Below, piece after piece: positions 1-9,928 of a stretch of 64,000 bases of DNA. The notes beneath the pieces are model-generated. The model was given only the letters and a program-made list of their open reading frames with translations. It was not told the DNA's origin and searched no databases. The stretch lies in assembly GCA_963714975.1 (NCBI GenBank), contig CAVQQD010000002.1, positions 96,001 to 160,000 of the forward strand, in the 5' to 3' direction. Made by a program: the position numbers and the translations under genes. The DNA is from an uncultured Gammaproteobacteria bacterium. Lineage in GTDB: Bacteria; Pseudomonadota; Gammaproteobacteria; JAURND01. The first letter of the stretch is position 1. Each line of letters begins with the position of its first letter.

Positions 1-105
1 AATTCCCTTTCTTAAGTAATTTGACCGACGGGTGACGCGCGAGCCGAGACCCGATATACTCTTGCCTAGTTTAGCGAATATCAGCAAGAATTGCAGGTGG
101 TGATT

Positions 106-1275
106 ATGACGAATAATTTTCTTCTATTTTCTATTTTTTTGATTTTTACTGGGGCAGCTGTATTATCCACGATTGCCTTATATACGCGGCAATCTTTGTT
201 GGTTGCTTACATGATCCTGGGTATCCTCTTTGGTCCCTCTGGACTCAAGTTGGTCGGCGATTCTGCTGTAATAGTGGAAATCGGGGACGTGGGTATTATT
301 TTTCTGCTTTTTTTGCTCGGCCTGCATTTGCAGCCACAGAGTTTGTGGCATCTGCTCCGTAAAATTAGTTGGATTGCACTGATAAGTTCCTTAGTGTTTG
401 CCGGGATAGGTTTTGGCATAGGCTCCTTATTTGGTTATACCCTGATCGAAAGTGCGGTGATTGGGGCTGCTTGTATGTTTTCCAGCACCATTATTGGTTT
501 AAAGTTATTGCCCACGACGGTTTTGCATCACCAGCACACGGGTGAAGTCATGATTGGAATATTATTACTGCAAGATATTATCGCCATTTTTCTCCTAATT
601 ATCTTAAACAGCGCTCATGGTGGTGGTTTAAATTTTTTGAAGTTTGGCCTAGTCATGTTCTGGTTGCCGGTGCTATTGATCGCTGCTTTTGCAGTCGAAC
701 GCTTTGTTTTGCGTCGATTATTTAGAAAATTTGATCGGATTCGTGAATACATGTTTCTATTAGCGATTGCCTGGTGTCTAAGTTTAGCCCAGCTTGCTAA
801 TGCGGCTGGATTATCTGCAGAAATTGGTGCTTTCATTGCTGGAGTTTCCTTGGCAACGAGCCCAATCTCATTTTATATTGCAGAAAGTTTAAAGCCAGTT
901 CGGGACTTCTTCTTGGTATTGTTTTTCTTCTCAGTGGGTGCGAGCTTCAATTTGACCTTCTTCAGTGAAGTGATCATTCCGTCCTTGATTCTTGCGGCAT
1001 TATTACTCATTATTAAGCCGGTATTGTTTCGTTTTTTACTCGGACAAGTGGGTGAGCCTAGACATGTGGCCTGGGAAGTGGGGTTTCGTTTGGGACAGAT
1101 TAGTGAATTTTCGTTATTATTGGTTTTTCTTGCTGTGCAGGAATCTTTAATTAGTCAGAATGTATCTAATTTGATTCAACTGGTAGCGATATTAACTTTT
1201 ATTCTTTCTTCTTATTTGGTGGTTATGCGCTTTCCTACCCCGGTGGCCATTTCAGATCGATTACGCAGAGATTGA
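106..1275 (+). CDS. Cation:proton antiporter, CPA2/KefC-like membrane domain
   Basis: Many hydrophobic helices; GILFGPSG, FLLFLLGL, SSTIIGLK, LQDIIAI and GAFIAG motifs typical of CPA2; ATG at 106 chosen over TTG at 91. Confidence 0.85.
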   Translation: MTNNFLLFSIFLIFTGAAVLSTIALYTRQSLLVAYMILGILFGPSGLKLVGDSAVIVEIGDVGIIFLLFLLGLHLQPQSLWHLLRKISWIALISSLVFAGIGFGIGSLFGYTLIESAVIGAACMFSSTIIGLKLLPTTVLHHQHTGEVMIGILLLQDIIAIFLLIILNSAHGGGLNFLKFGLVMFWLPVLLIAAFAVERFVLRRLFRKFDRIREYMFLLAIAWCLSLAQLANAAGLSAEIGAFIAGVSLATSPISFYIAESLKPVRDFFLVLFFFSVGASFNLTFFSEVIIPSLILAALLLIIKPVLFRFLLGQVGEPRHVAWEVGFRLGQISEFSLLLVFLAVQESLISQNVSNLIQLVAILTFILSSYLVVMRFPTPVAISDRLRRD

Positions 1276-1283
1276 GAGCCAAA

Positions 1284-1335
1284 CGTCGTCCCTGCAAGGA
1301 TGCAGGGATCCAGTCCACAAGGACGTGAAAGTGTC
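1284..1335. repeat. CGTC-tagged palindromic repeat (REP/RPE-like)
   Basis: cgtcgtccctgca-agga-tgcagggatccag...cacaaggacgtgaaagt, near-identical to 17232-17284. Confidence 0.8.
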
Positions 1336-1346
1336 GGAGCATAAAA

Positions 1347-2045
1347 ATGACATTATTTGCTATTTTAATTTGTATCGCCCTGCAACGTTATTTTAACCTG
1401 GGCGCGAATGGTTATTTGCGCTCTTGGTCAGAATCCTATGTACAAGGTATTTGGGCTATTTTAAGCGCTCTTCGCCTTGAAAATGGCTATGTAAAGCTTG
1501 GAGCTGCCTGCATACCCATCATGATTTTGATCAGTGTGTTGCAATATCTGCTGCATGGCATATGGTTTGAGTTACCGCAATTTATTTTAAATCTAGTGGT
1601 GCTCTTTTTCTGTATTGATTTTCGTAAGCTGCCAAATAGCTTGGCTGATTACCCGACTATTTTTTCAGTTTTGTTTTACTATCTGATACTAGGTCCTGTG
1701 GGAGCTTTGGTTTATGTTATGCTGGATTGTCTAAATATCGCTGAGGCTGGGAAAGTTAGAAATATCTTAGATTGGATTCCTGGACGGCTCGTTGGCTTGA
1801 GCTATGCTTTGGTTGGACATTTTGCCCATGGCTTTGCCTATTGGCGTAAGCATGCGATGTCAGAACTAAACTATGCTCGTGAATTTGCTTCTAAATCAGG
1901 AATGGCGGCCCTTGAGTTGGGTAATGCTAACGCAACAATCGCTGAGATATCTGAAAATACAGCGACTTCTGAGCTGGTAAGTAATGCCCTTATATTATGG
2001 ATTGCAGTTATCGCTGTGTTTACTTTGGTATCTTGGGTGTCATAA
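1347..2045 (+). CDS. ampE: AmpE/CobD-CbiB-like inner membrane protein
   Basis: Membrane protein with LDWIPGRL..LSYALVGHF motif; position upstream of aceE as in other gammaproteobacteria. Confidence 0.6.
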   Translation: MTLFAILICIALQRYFNLGANGYLRSWSESYVQGIWAILSALRLENGYVKLGAACIPIMILISVLQYLLHGIWFELPQFILNLVVLFFCIDFRKLPNSLADYPTIFSVLFYYLILGPVGALVYVMLDCLNIAEAGKVRNILDWIPGRLVGLSYALVGHFAHGFAYWRKHAMSELNYAREFASKSGMAALELGNANATIAEISENTATSELVSNALILWIAVIAVFTLVSWVS

Positions 2046-2059
2046 ACTTGGAGATTAAA

Positions 2060-4732
2060 ATGACAAATAATAAAATACCCTCATCAATGGATGTTGACCC
2101 GCTAGAAACGCAAGAGTGGCGAGATGCTCTAGCGTCTGTGGTTCGTGAAGAAGGCACCGAAAGAGCGGAATTTATCATTAATCAATTGTTACAAGAGGCT
2201 CCCAAACTTGGGGTTGCTTCTCCGGTTTCTTTAAATACCCCTTATCTCAATACGATATCTGTTGCGCAGGAAGAACCCTTGCCCCACAAGGTAGAAGAAA
2301 TAAACCGAGTTCTTTCTTTAATTCGATGGAACTCCATTATGTTGGTCTTGCGAGCAGGTGTGATTGATTCAGCCTTAGGGGGTCATTTAGCCACATTTGC
2401 TTCAGCAGCTGTATTGTATTTTATTGGATTTAGTTACTTCTTTCGGGCTAGAAATGAACAACATCTGGGCGATCTTATTTTTATCCAGGGCCACTCTGCT
2501 CCTGGGGTTTATGCCCAAGCGTTTTTGGAAGGGCGTTTGACGGAAGAACAATTAAATAACTTTCGACAAGAGGTGGGCGGCAAAGGCCTGTCTTCTTATC
2601 CTCATCCACGTACTATGCCGGATTTTTGGCAATTTCCTACGGTGTCAATGGGTTTGGGTCCTTTGCAAGCTATTTATCAAGCTCGATTTCTAAAATATCT
2701 GGAAAATCGCGGGTTACTTAAAGACCAGGGCCGCAAAGTCTGGGCTTTTTTGGGTGATGGAGAAATGGATGAGGTCGAATCTTTGGGAGGGATTACCGTC
2801 GCCACGCGTGAACAGTTGGATAATTTGATTTTTGTGGTGAACTGCAACTTGCAGCGTTTAGATGGTCCAGTGCGTGGCAATGGTAAAATTATCCAAGAGC
2901 TTGAAGCTTTATTTCGTGGCGCCGGTTGGCGAGTGATTAAAGTAATTTGGGGTAGTGGTTGGGATGCTTTATTTGCCAAAGATAAAACCGGCCTATTAAT
3001 GCAGCGTATGGAAGAATGTGTCGATGGTGATTACCAACGATTCAAATCGCAAAATGGCGCCTACGTGCGTGAGCATTTTTTTGGAAAATATCCCGAATTG
3101 CTCGAGTTAGTCAAAGACATGACTGATGATGAACTTTGGCAATTAGATCGTGGTGGAGATGATCCACAAAAAGTTTATGCAGCTTATGCAGCAGCAATGA
3201 AGCACCATCCTGGGCAGCCCACTATTATTTTGGCTAAAACTATTAAAGGGCATGGCTTAGGCACAGCGGGAGAAGCACAAAATATTGCCCATAATCTTAA
3301 AAAAATGGCAGTCGATGATCTTAAAGCCTTTGTCCGCCGTTTTAATTTGGATATTGCTGAAGAAGCTATTCGCGATCTACCGTTTTTTCGGCCGGATGAG
3401 CATAGCTCCGAAATTCAATTTCTCAAACTACGGCGACAAACAATGGGTGGAGACTTACCCAAACGCTATCACGAGTCCCCTGTATTAAAAGCCCCTGAAT
3501 TAACTGCCCTGGAGCCACTGCTGGAAGGCACAGATGACCGAGAAATTTCTACGACGATGGCTTTTGGTCGGATCATTACTATCCTATTAAAAGACAAAGT
3601 GATTGGATCGCACATTGTGCCAATAGTGGCTGATGAATCGCGCACCTTTGGCATGGAGGGTTTGTTTCGGCAAATCGGTATTTATTCCGTCGTTGGTCAA
3701 TTGTATGAACCAGTCGATAAGTCTCAAGTTATGTATTACCGAGAAGCTCGCAATGGGCAATTATTGCAGGAAGGGATCAATGAAGCGGGGGCAATCTGTT
3801 CTTGGATTGCTGGGGGTTCTGCTTATAGTACGCATGGCCTTCCCATGATTCCTTTTTATATTTTTTATTCCATGTTTGGCTTTCAGCGTATTGGTGATTT
3901 CACTTGGGCTGCAGGTGATATTCGTGCTCGCGGCTTTTTGTTAGGAAGTTTGGCGGGTCGCACGGCTCTAGCAGGCGAAGGGTTACAGCACGATGATGGC
4001 CATAGTTTGCTTTTGGCGAGCACCATCCCCTGTTGTATTAGTTATGATCCGACCTTTGCTTATGAGGTTGCGGTGATTGTTCAGTATGGCTTGAAGCGTA
4101 TGTACGAAGACCAGGAAGATGTGTTTTACTACATTACTTTAATGAATGAAAATTATACCCACCCTAAAATGCCCGAAGGTGTAGCAGAGGGGATTATCAA
4201 GGGTCTTTATTTGTTTCAAAAGGGTGATCCTAAAGCCAAGCTCAAAGTGCAATTGTTAGGATCTGGCGCTATATTGCGAGAAGCCATTGCAGCAGCCCAG
4301 TTATTGTTGGAGTTTGGAGTCAGTGCGGATGTGTGGAGTGCTCCTAGTTTTACCGAATTACGCCGCGAAGCATTAGCCGTAGAGCGTCATAATTTGTTGC
4401 ATCCCAAAGAAAAAGCCAAAATCAGTTATGTGACCCAGTGTTTGCAGAATCAAGCAGGACCCGTCGTTGCGGCGACAGATTATATGCGTTTATATGCCGA
4501 TCAAATTCGCCCCTTTGTGCGCCAGCCGTACTATGTGTTAGGCACCGATGGTTTTGGCATTAGTGATACTAGAGCAAATTTGCGCCACTATTTTGCCGTG
4601 AGTGCCTCGCACATTGCCTATATGGCATTGAAAGCTTTAGAAGAAGAAGGGCAAATTCCCATGTCCCAATTAATGAATGCACTGCGAAAATGGAATATTG
4701 ATACCGAAGCATTTGATCCGATGGATTTGTAG
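2060..4732 (+). CDS. aceE: Pyruvate dehydrogenase E1 component
   Basis: DVDPLETQEW, GHSAPG, FPTVSMGLGP, TPP motif GDGEMDE, NCNLQRLDGPVRGNGK; ATG 2060 after GGAG. Confidence 0.97.
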   Translation: MTNNKIPSSMDVDPLETQEWRDALASVVREEGTERAEFIINQLLQEAPKLGVASPVSLNTPYLNTISVAQEEPLPHKVEEINRVLSLIRWNSIMLVLRAGVIDSALGGHLATFASAAVLYFIGFSYFFRARNEQHLGDLIFIQGHSAPGVYAQAFLEGRLTEEQLNNFRQEVGGKGLSSYPHPRTMPDFWQFPTVSMGLGPLQAIYQARFLKYLENRGLLKDQGRKVWAFLGDGEMDEVESLGGITVATREQLDNLIFVVNCNLQRLDGPVRGNGKIIQELEALFRGAGWRVIKVIWGSGWDALFAKDKTGLLMQRMEECVDGDYQRFKSQNGAYVREHFFGKYPELLELVKDMTDDELWQLDRGGDDPQKVYAAYAAAMKHHPGQPTIILAKTIKGHGLGTAGEAQNIAHNLKKMAVDDLKAFVRRFNLDIAEEAIRDLPFFRPDEHSSEIQFLKLRRQTMGGDLPKRYHESPVLKAPELTALEPLLEGTDDREISTTMAFGRIITILLKDKVIGSHIVPIVADESRTFGMEGLFRQIGIYSVVGQLYEPVDKSQVMYYREARNGQLLQEGINEAGAICSWIAGGSAYSTHGLPMIPFYIFYSMFGFQRIGDFTWAAGDIRARGFLLGSLAGRTALAGEGLQHDDGHSLLLASTIPCCISYDPTFAYEVAVIVQYGLKRMYEDQEDVFYYITLMNENYTHPKMPEGVAEGIIKGLYLFQKGDPKAKLKVQLLGSGAILREAIAAAQLLLEFGVSADVWSAPSFTELRREALAVERHNLLHPKEKAKISYVTQCLQNQAGPVVAATDYMRLYADQIRPFVRQPYYVLGTDGFGISDTRANLRHYFAVSASHIAYMALKALEEEGQIPMSQLMNALRKWNIDTEAFDPMDL

Positions 4733-4791
4733 ACAGGTAGTTGGTTGAGGCGTATAGTTCTGACCAGTCTGACTAGTTTAGGAGGGTCGCG

Positions 4792-5043
4792 ATGGCGAAG
4801 TGGCAAATCCAAGAAGCAAAGGCTCATTTAAGCCGAGTAGTGCGTGAGGCAGTAAGTGCTGGTCCTCAATATATTACTCATCGTGGAAAACCAATAGCTG
4901 TGCTCATTTCCCAGGAAGAATTTGAACATCTTACAAAGTCAAAGCTATCTTTTGTTGAGTTTATGCGACGATCACCGTTAAGGGGGATTAAGCTTAGGAT
5001 ACAGCGTGATCGATCAATGCCACGAGATATAGATGAATTATGA
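4792..5043 (+). CDS. Phd/YefM family antitoxin
   Basis: WQIQEAKAHLS...GPQYITHRGKPIAVLIS, directly upstream of a PIN toxin. Confidence 0.9.
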   Translation: MAKWQIQEAKAHLSRVVREAVSAGPQYITHRGKPIAVLISQEEFEHLTKSKLSFVEFMRRSPLRGIKLRIQRDRSMPRDIDEL

Positions 5044-5046
5044 ATT

Positions 5047-5457
5047 ATGAATTATCTTCTAGACACCAATGTTATTTCTGAAATAGTCAGCCTAAAACCT
5101 AGTGTTAAAATATTAAAATGGTTTGATGTGATTCCCAGTAATGCGCTTTATCTTAGTGTGCTGTCATTGGGAGAAATTCGTAAAGGTGTAGAAAAAGTTA
5201 AGTTGGTAAACCGAAAAGAAGAATTAAGGCATTGGCTCGAACATGAGTTGACTGAGTGGTTTCGAGATAGATTATTACCAATTGATCAGGCTGTTGCGGA
5301 TAAATGGGGATGGTTACAAAGTCAGTTATCTAGAACCATGCCAGCTATAGATAGCTTGCTTGCAGCGACTGCTTTACATTATGATCTTTGTATTGTCACA
5401 CGTAATGTACAAGATTTTGATTGTCCTTTTTTAGAAGTGATTAATCCGTGGAATTGA
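5047..5457 (+). CDS. vapC: VapC PIN-domain toxin
   Basis: YLLDTNVISE, E in SLGEI, DSLLAATA, VTRNVQDF acidic PIN residues. Confidence 0.92.
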   Translation: MNYLLDTNVISEIVSLKPSVKILKWFDVIPSNALYLSVLSLGEIRKGVEKVKLVNRKEELRHWLEHELTEWFRDRLLPIDQAVADKWGWLQSQLSRTMPAIDSLLAATALHYDLCIVTRNVQDFDCPFLEVINPWN

Positions 5458-5509
5458 TAGAAATAAACCATGGGCGCAGTCTAATATTGAATCTTAAAGG
5501 AGAAGTTCC

Positions 5510-6799
5510 TTGTCCATACAAGAAGTTATAGTCCCTGATATTGGTGGCGCCAAAAATGTGGATGTCATTGAACTATTAGTAAAAGCAGGGGATAAAGTTG
5601 ATGTTGAAGGCTCTTTAATTACCTTAGAAAGTGACAAAGCCACGATGGAGGTTCCTTCTCCCTATGCGGGCGTGGTGAGGGAAATGAAGGTGAAAGTGGG
5701 TGATAAAGTATCGCAAGGCTCACTTATTCTTTTAATGGAGGTTGAAGAAAAAGAGGGAGAAAAAGCGGCTGCTCCTTCCGGGGAAGCTGAAGTTTCGGAG
5801 AAAGGCCCTGAAACCAAAGAAACTAAACCTTCTGAACCCAAGGAAACTGCTGCAGCATCTGCTCCTCCACCACCACAACCTTCTGCACCATCTTCTGAAT
5901 CTTCTGCTGAAGTACATGCCGGGCCAGGAGTGCGACGTTTAGCCAGAGAATTGGGGGTCGATTTAAATCAGGTTTCAGGCACTGGTGAACGAAAGCGTAT
6001 TACTAAAGAAGATGTGCAGCAATTTGTAAAATTTGCACTCGCCAGAAGTAGCGGGGCAGGCTTAGCAGTGTCGCCAGCTCCAGCGATTGATTTTGGCCAA
6101 TTTGGTGAAATCGAGACCAAGCCACTCAATAAAATCAAAAAATTAACCGGCATCAATGTTCATCGTAGTTGGGTGACAGTGCCGCATGTTACACAATTTA
6201 TCGAAGCAGATATTACCGAGTTAGAAGCGTTTCGTGAGCAACGAAAGATTCTCGCGGAAAAGCAAGGATTTAAATTAACGCCATTAGTTTTTATTATGAA
6301 AGCTGTAGTAGCAGCGTTGAAAAAATTCCCGCAATTTAATGCTTCCTTGAGCGGCAATGGCGAGTCGCTTATTTTGAAAAAATATTTTCACGTAGGTGTT
6401 GCTGTTGACACTCCCAACGGTCTAGTAGTACCCGTGATACGTAATGCCGATAAAAAAGGTTTATATGAATTAGCGCAAGAGTTGGCTAAAATCAGCACTA
6501 AAGCACGAGAAAAAGGCTTATCTCCTGCTGATATGCAGGGGGGGTGTTTTACTATCTCCAGCTTAGGTGGGATTGGTGGCACTGCGTTTACTCCAATCGT
6601 CAATGCACCTGAAGTAGCGATTTTAGGCGTTTCAAAAGCCAGCATGAAACCTATCTATCAAAATAATCAATTTGTCCCGCGCTTAATGTTACCACTGTCG
6701 TTATCCTACGATCATCGTGTCGTTGATGGGGCAGATGGTGCACGTTTTAGCGTGTTTTTAAGTGAATGCTTAGCAGAAATAAGAACTTTATTACTTTAA
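5510..6799 (+). CDS. aceF: Dihydrolipoyllysine acetyltransferase E2, one lipoyl domain
   Basis: ESDKATMEVP lipoyl site, AGPGVRRLARE E3-binding domain, SYDHRVVDG; TTG start after AAGGAG. Confidence 0.96.
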   Translation: MSIQEVIVPDIGGAKNVDVIELLVKAGDKVDVEGSLITLESDKATMEVPSPYAGVVREMKVKVGDKVSQGSLILLMEVEEKEGEKAAAPSGEAEVSEKGPETKETKPSEPKETAAASAPPPPQPSAPSSESSAEVHAGPGVRRLARELGVDLNQVSGTGERKRITKEDVQQFVKFALARSSGAGLAVSPAPAIDFGQFGEIETKPLNKIKKLTGINVHRSWVTVPHVTQFIEADITELEAFREQRKILAEKQGFKLTPLVFIMKAVVAALKKFPQFNASLSGNGESLILKKYFHVGVAVDTPNGLVVPVIRNADKKGLYELAQELAKISTKAREKGLSPADMQGGCFTISSLGGIGGTAFTPIVNAPEVAILGVSKASMKPIYQNNQFVPRLMLPLSLSYDHRVVDGADGARFSVFLSECLAEIRTLLL

Positions 6800-6800
6800 T

Positions 6801-6850
6801 CTCTCTCCCAATTGGCCTTCGGCACCTTCTCCCACACGGGGAGAAGGAAT
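6801..6850. repeat. Short CCTTCTCCC...GGGAGAAGG hairpin repeat (boxC-like family)
   Basis: caccttctcccacacggggagaagg; same family recurs near 11450, 16201, 21465, 32667, 40523, 52615, 58444, 63461. Confidence 0.85.
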
Positions 6851-6866
6851 TATGAGGATATAAAAA

Positions 6867-8285
6867 ATGAGCAAAGAAATTTCAACTGAAGTAGTCGTTA
6901 TTGGCAGTGGCCCGGGAGGGTATTCTGCGGCATTTCGAGCGGCTGACTTAGGGAAGCAAGTGATATTAGTGGAACGCTATCCTAGTTTAGGTGGCGTCTG
7001 TTTGAATGTGGGCTGTATTCCTTCCAAAGCGTTATTACACGCCGCGAAAGTCGTTGATGACGCCCACGATATGAGCGATTTCGGGATTAGTTTTGCCGAA
7101 CCCAAGATTAATTTAGAAAAACTTCGCGCTTGGAAAAATAAAGTCCTTGGTCGACTAACTGGTGGATTAAGTATGTTGGCTAAACAACGCAAAGTCACCG
7201 TAGTCACCGGGTTAGCTAAATTTACTTCTCCCACTCAAATTAAAGTGGCGACTAAAGAGGGTGAGACAGTCATTAATTTTCAACAAGCCATTATTGCGGC
7301 AGGATCGCGCCCGGTGAAATTGCCTTTTATTCCCGAGGATCCACGCATTATGGATTCAACGGGTGCTTTAGAGTTGCCAGCAACCAATGGGCGTTTGTTA
7401 GTTATTGGCGGCGGTATTATTGGCCTAGAAATGGCGACCGTTTATTCAGCCTTGGGTACTCAGATCAGTGTGGTAGAGTTTATGGATCAGTTAATTCCAG
7501 GGGCGGATAAAGAAGTGGTCGCGCCATTGCATAAACGGATTCAAAAACGTTATGAAAATATTTGGTTAAAAACTAAGGTCACTCAAGTTGAAGCCAAGAA
7601 AGACGGGTTGTATGTGAGTTTTGAAGGCGAAAATGCCCCGAAACAGCCGGAAAAATTTGCGCAAATTTTAGTCGCTGTGGGTCGTCAGCCTAATGGAGAT
7701 TTGCTAGCATTAGAAAAAGCTGGTCTTAGCACGGATGAACGTGGATTTATTCCTGTCGATTCACAATTGCGCACCAAAGTGCCCACAATTTATGCCATTG
7801 GCGATATTATTCCAGGACTGATGTTGGCCCATAAGGCTTCTGCCCAAGGTCGATTAGCGGCGGAAGTGATCAGTGGTTTAAAACATTATTTTGAGCCAAG
7901 AGCTATCCCCTCAGTGGCTTATACTGATCCAGAAATTGCTTGGGTGGGTGTCACAGAAAAAGAAGCCAAGGAAAAACAACTTACCTATGGTAAGGCGGTA
8001 TTTCCCTGGATGGCCAGCGGTCGCTCACTTTCTATGGGGCGTGATGAAGGTCTCACCCAGCTTTTATTTGATGAGAAAAGCCATCGCCTTATTGGTGCTG
8101 GTATTGTCGGTCCCAATGCCGGTGAGCTGATTGCTGAGCTTACTTTAGCAATAGAAATGGGTTGCATTGTCGATGACATTGCGCTTACCATACACCCACA
8201 TCCTACTTTATCTGAAACTATCATGATGGCGGCTGAGATGTTTGAAGGCACCATTACCGATCTTTATGTCCCTAGGAAGAAATAA
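6867..8285 (+). CDS. lpdA: Dihydrolipoamide dehydrogenase
   Basis: GSGPGG, GGVCLNVGCIPSK, GGGIIG, HPHPTLSE. Confidence 0.97.
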   Translation: MSKEISTEVVVIGSGPGGYSAAFRAADLGKQVILVERYPSLGGVCLNVGCIPSKALLHAAKVVDDAHDMSDFGISFAEPKINLEKLRAWKNKVLGRLTGGLSMLAKQRKVTVVTGLAKFTSPTQIKVATKEGETVINFQQAIIAAGSRPVKLPFIPEDPRIMDSTGALELPATNGRLLVIGGGIIGLEMATVYSALGTQISVVEFMDQLIPGADKEVVAPLHKRIQKRYENIWLKTKVTQVEAKKDGLYVSFEGENAPKQPEKFAQILVAVGRQPNGDLLALEKAGLSTDERGFIPVDSQLRTKVPTIYAIGDIIPGLMLAHKASAQGRLAAEVISGLKHYFEPRAIPSVAYTDPEIAWVGVTEKEAKEKQLTYGKAVFPWMASGRSLSMGRDEGLTQLLFDEKSHRLIGAGIVGPNAGELIAELTLAIEMGCIVDDIALTIHPHPTLSETIMMAAEMFEGTITDLYVPRKK

Positions 8286-8405
8286 TAATAAGAAGGGATT
8301 CCCCACTATTAAACGTGCCCGATTGCGTGCCCGTGCCCGGATAGAAAAATCGTGCACGCTTCTGGGATCTTCTGACCGCAGTTTTAATTACACCCGCTAG
8401 GTTTG

Positions 8406-8699
8406 TTAGGCATTCTCAGGACTTGGGTGGGCGAGAGGGGATTTTTGTCCTCTTTCTTTTTTGATTTGATCCCAAGCATCACCGAGCATCAGCCAGTGCA
8501 GGCTTTTATGGAGTAGATCGCAGTAGTGCATCGCTTGTGAAGCTCGGAGTATCATTGTTCCTGCTTCATGGCGGGAGTATTCTTTGAGTGAAAGCCCGTG
8601 GGCTTGGCAAAATTGCTCGGCTGAGTCAAAACCAGCTTCTTCTCTTGCCTGCTTGAGCCTGGCGGCAATTTCCTTGCGGAGTTGTATTTGCCCTAGCAT
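8406..8699 (-). CDS. XRE-family helix-turn-helix protein
   Basis: RLKQAREEAG...YSRHEAG...SLHWLMLG pattern; ATG 8699 after GGGGAGA; divergent from dapE. Confidence 0.75.
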   Translation of the reverse strand: MLGQIQLRKEIAARLKQAREEAGFDSAEQFCQAHGLSLKEYSRHEAGTMILRASQAMHYCDLLHKSLHWLMLGDAWDQIKKERGQKSPLAHPSPENA

Positions 8700-8781
8700 A
8701 TTTCTCCCCCAGTATTGTATGCCACGGAAGTTTAGCATACACTGTTTGTCACCTCATAGTATTAAAGGCCTGGTTTTCTCT

Positions 8782-9924
8782 ATGCCCCCACTATCTCCAG
8801 CTCTCGAATTGACTCAACAGCTCATTCGGCTTCCCTCAGTAACTCCTGAAGACGCAGGTTGTCAAAATAGGCTTGCCGATTTATTAGCCAAGGCGGGTTT
8901 TACCATCGAGCATCTGCCATTTGGTGAGGTGCGAAATTTATGGGCGAAGCGCGGCACTGGTTTGCCATTGCTGGTTTTTGCGGGGCATACCGATGTGGTG
9001 CCGCCAGGCCCGCTTGACTATTGGCTTTCTCCTCCTTTTGAGCCTGCAATTCGTGATGGTTATTTATATGGTCGTGGCGCAGCCGATATGAAAGGAAATT
9101 TAGCCGCCATGGTGGTTGCTTGCTTGCAGTTTATCGAACACTATCCCAATCATCCTGGCTCAATCGCATTTTTGCTGACCAGTGATGAAGAAGGGCCTGC
9201 CGTCGATGGCACGCAAAAAGTGGTGGAATATTTGCAACAACAAGGCGAGCAATTAACTTACTGTATTGTGGGGGAGCCTTCGAGTGAAAATCGAGTGGGT
9301 GACACGATTAAAATTGGTCGACGTGGGTCGCTCAATGGGCGATTAGTGATTCATGGGCAGCAAGGTCATATTGCCTATCCCGAATTAGCCAACAATCCCA
9401 TTCATCGCAGTTTAGGGGCTTTATTAGAGTTGACGACAAAAACTTGGGACGATGATAAGGCCAATGATTTTTTTCCGCCCACCTCATTACAATTTTCTAA
9501 TTTGCATGCGGGAGTGGGGGTGGGTAATGTGATCCCGGGTGAACTTGAGGCATGGTTTAACTTTCGTTATTCTCCCGTGACCTCGGCTGAAATATTGCAG
9601 CAAGGAGTTGAAGCCATACTGACTCGGCATCACCTTGCCTATGATCTCAAGTGGCAGCATTCCGCCTTACCGTTTATCAGCCAAGCAGGTCAATTACTCG
9701 AGGCCACTCGTGTCGCTATTCGTTCGGTCGCTCAGCGGGATCCAAAACTTGCCACCAGTGGAGGTACTTCTGATGCTAGATTTATTGCCCCTACGGGGTG
9801 CGAGGTGCTTGAGTTGGGGGTGTGTAACAAGACTATTCATCAAAGCAATGAATGTGTTTTAGTCAACGATCTTGAGCAACTCACGCAAATATACTATTTG
9901 ATACTTAGGAATGTGTACCAATAA
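8782..9924 (+). CDS. dapE: Succinyl-diaminopimelate desuccinylase
   Basis: FAGHTDVVP, GRGAADMKG, SDEEG, GEPSS, GRRGS, GGTSDARF; ATG at 8782. Confidence 0.96.
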   Translation: MPPLSPALELTQQLIRLPSVTPEDAGCQNRLADLLAKAGFTIEHLPFGEVRNLWAKRGTGLPLLVFAGHTDVVPPGPLDYWLSPPFEPAIRDGYLYGRGAADMKGNLAAMVVACLQFIEHYPNHPGSIAFLLTSDEEGPAVDGTQKVVEYLQQQGEQLTYCIVGEPSSENRVGDTIKIGRRGSLNGRLVIHGQQGHIAYPELANNPIHRSLGALLELTTKTWDDDKANDFFPPTSLQFSNLHAGVGVGNVIPGELEAWFNFRYSPVTSAEILQQGVEAILTRHHLAYDLKWQHSALPFISQAGQLLEATRVAIRSVAQRDPKLATSGGTSDARFIAPTGCEVLELGVCNKTIHQSNECVLVNDLEQLTQIYYLILRNVYQ

Positions 9925-9928
9925 CTTC

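Noticed and set aside
8314-8358. Short cgtgcccg reiteration after lpdA
   Set aside because: Too short and found once in this window; probably a degenerate repeat remnant with no supportable function.
8584-8781. Long N-terminal extensions of DapE (and likewise AceE, Def, CoaD, ferredoxin) in the ORF track
   Set aside because: Family homology starts at internal ATGs, and the extensions overlap neighbouring genes or repeats.
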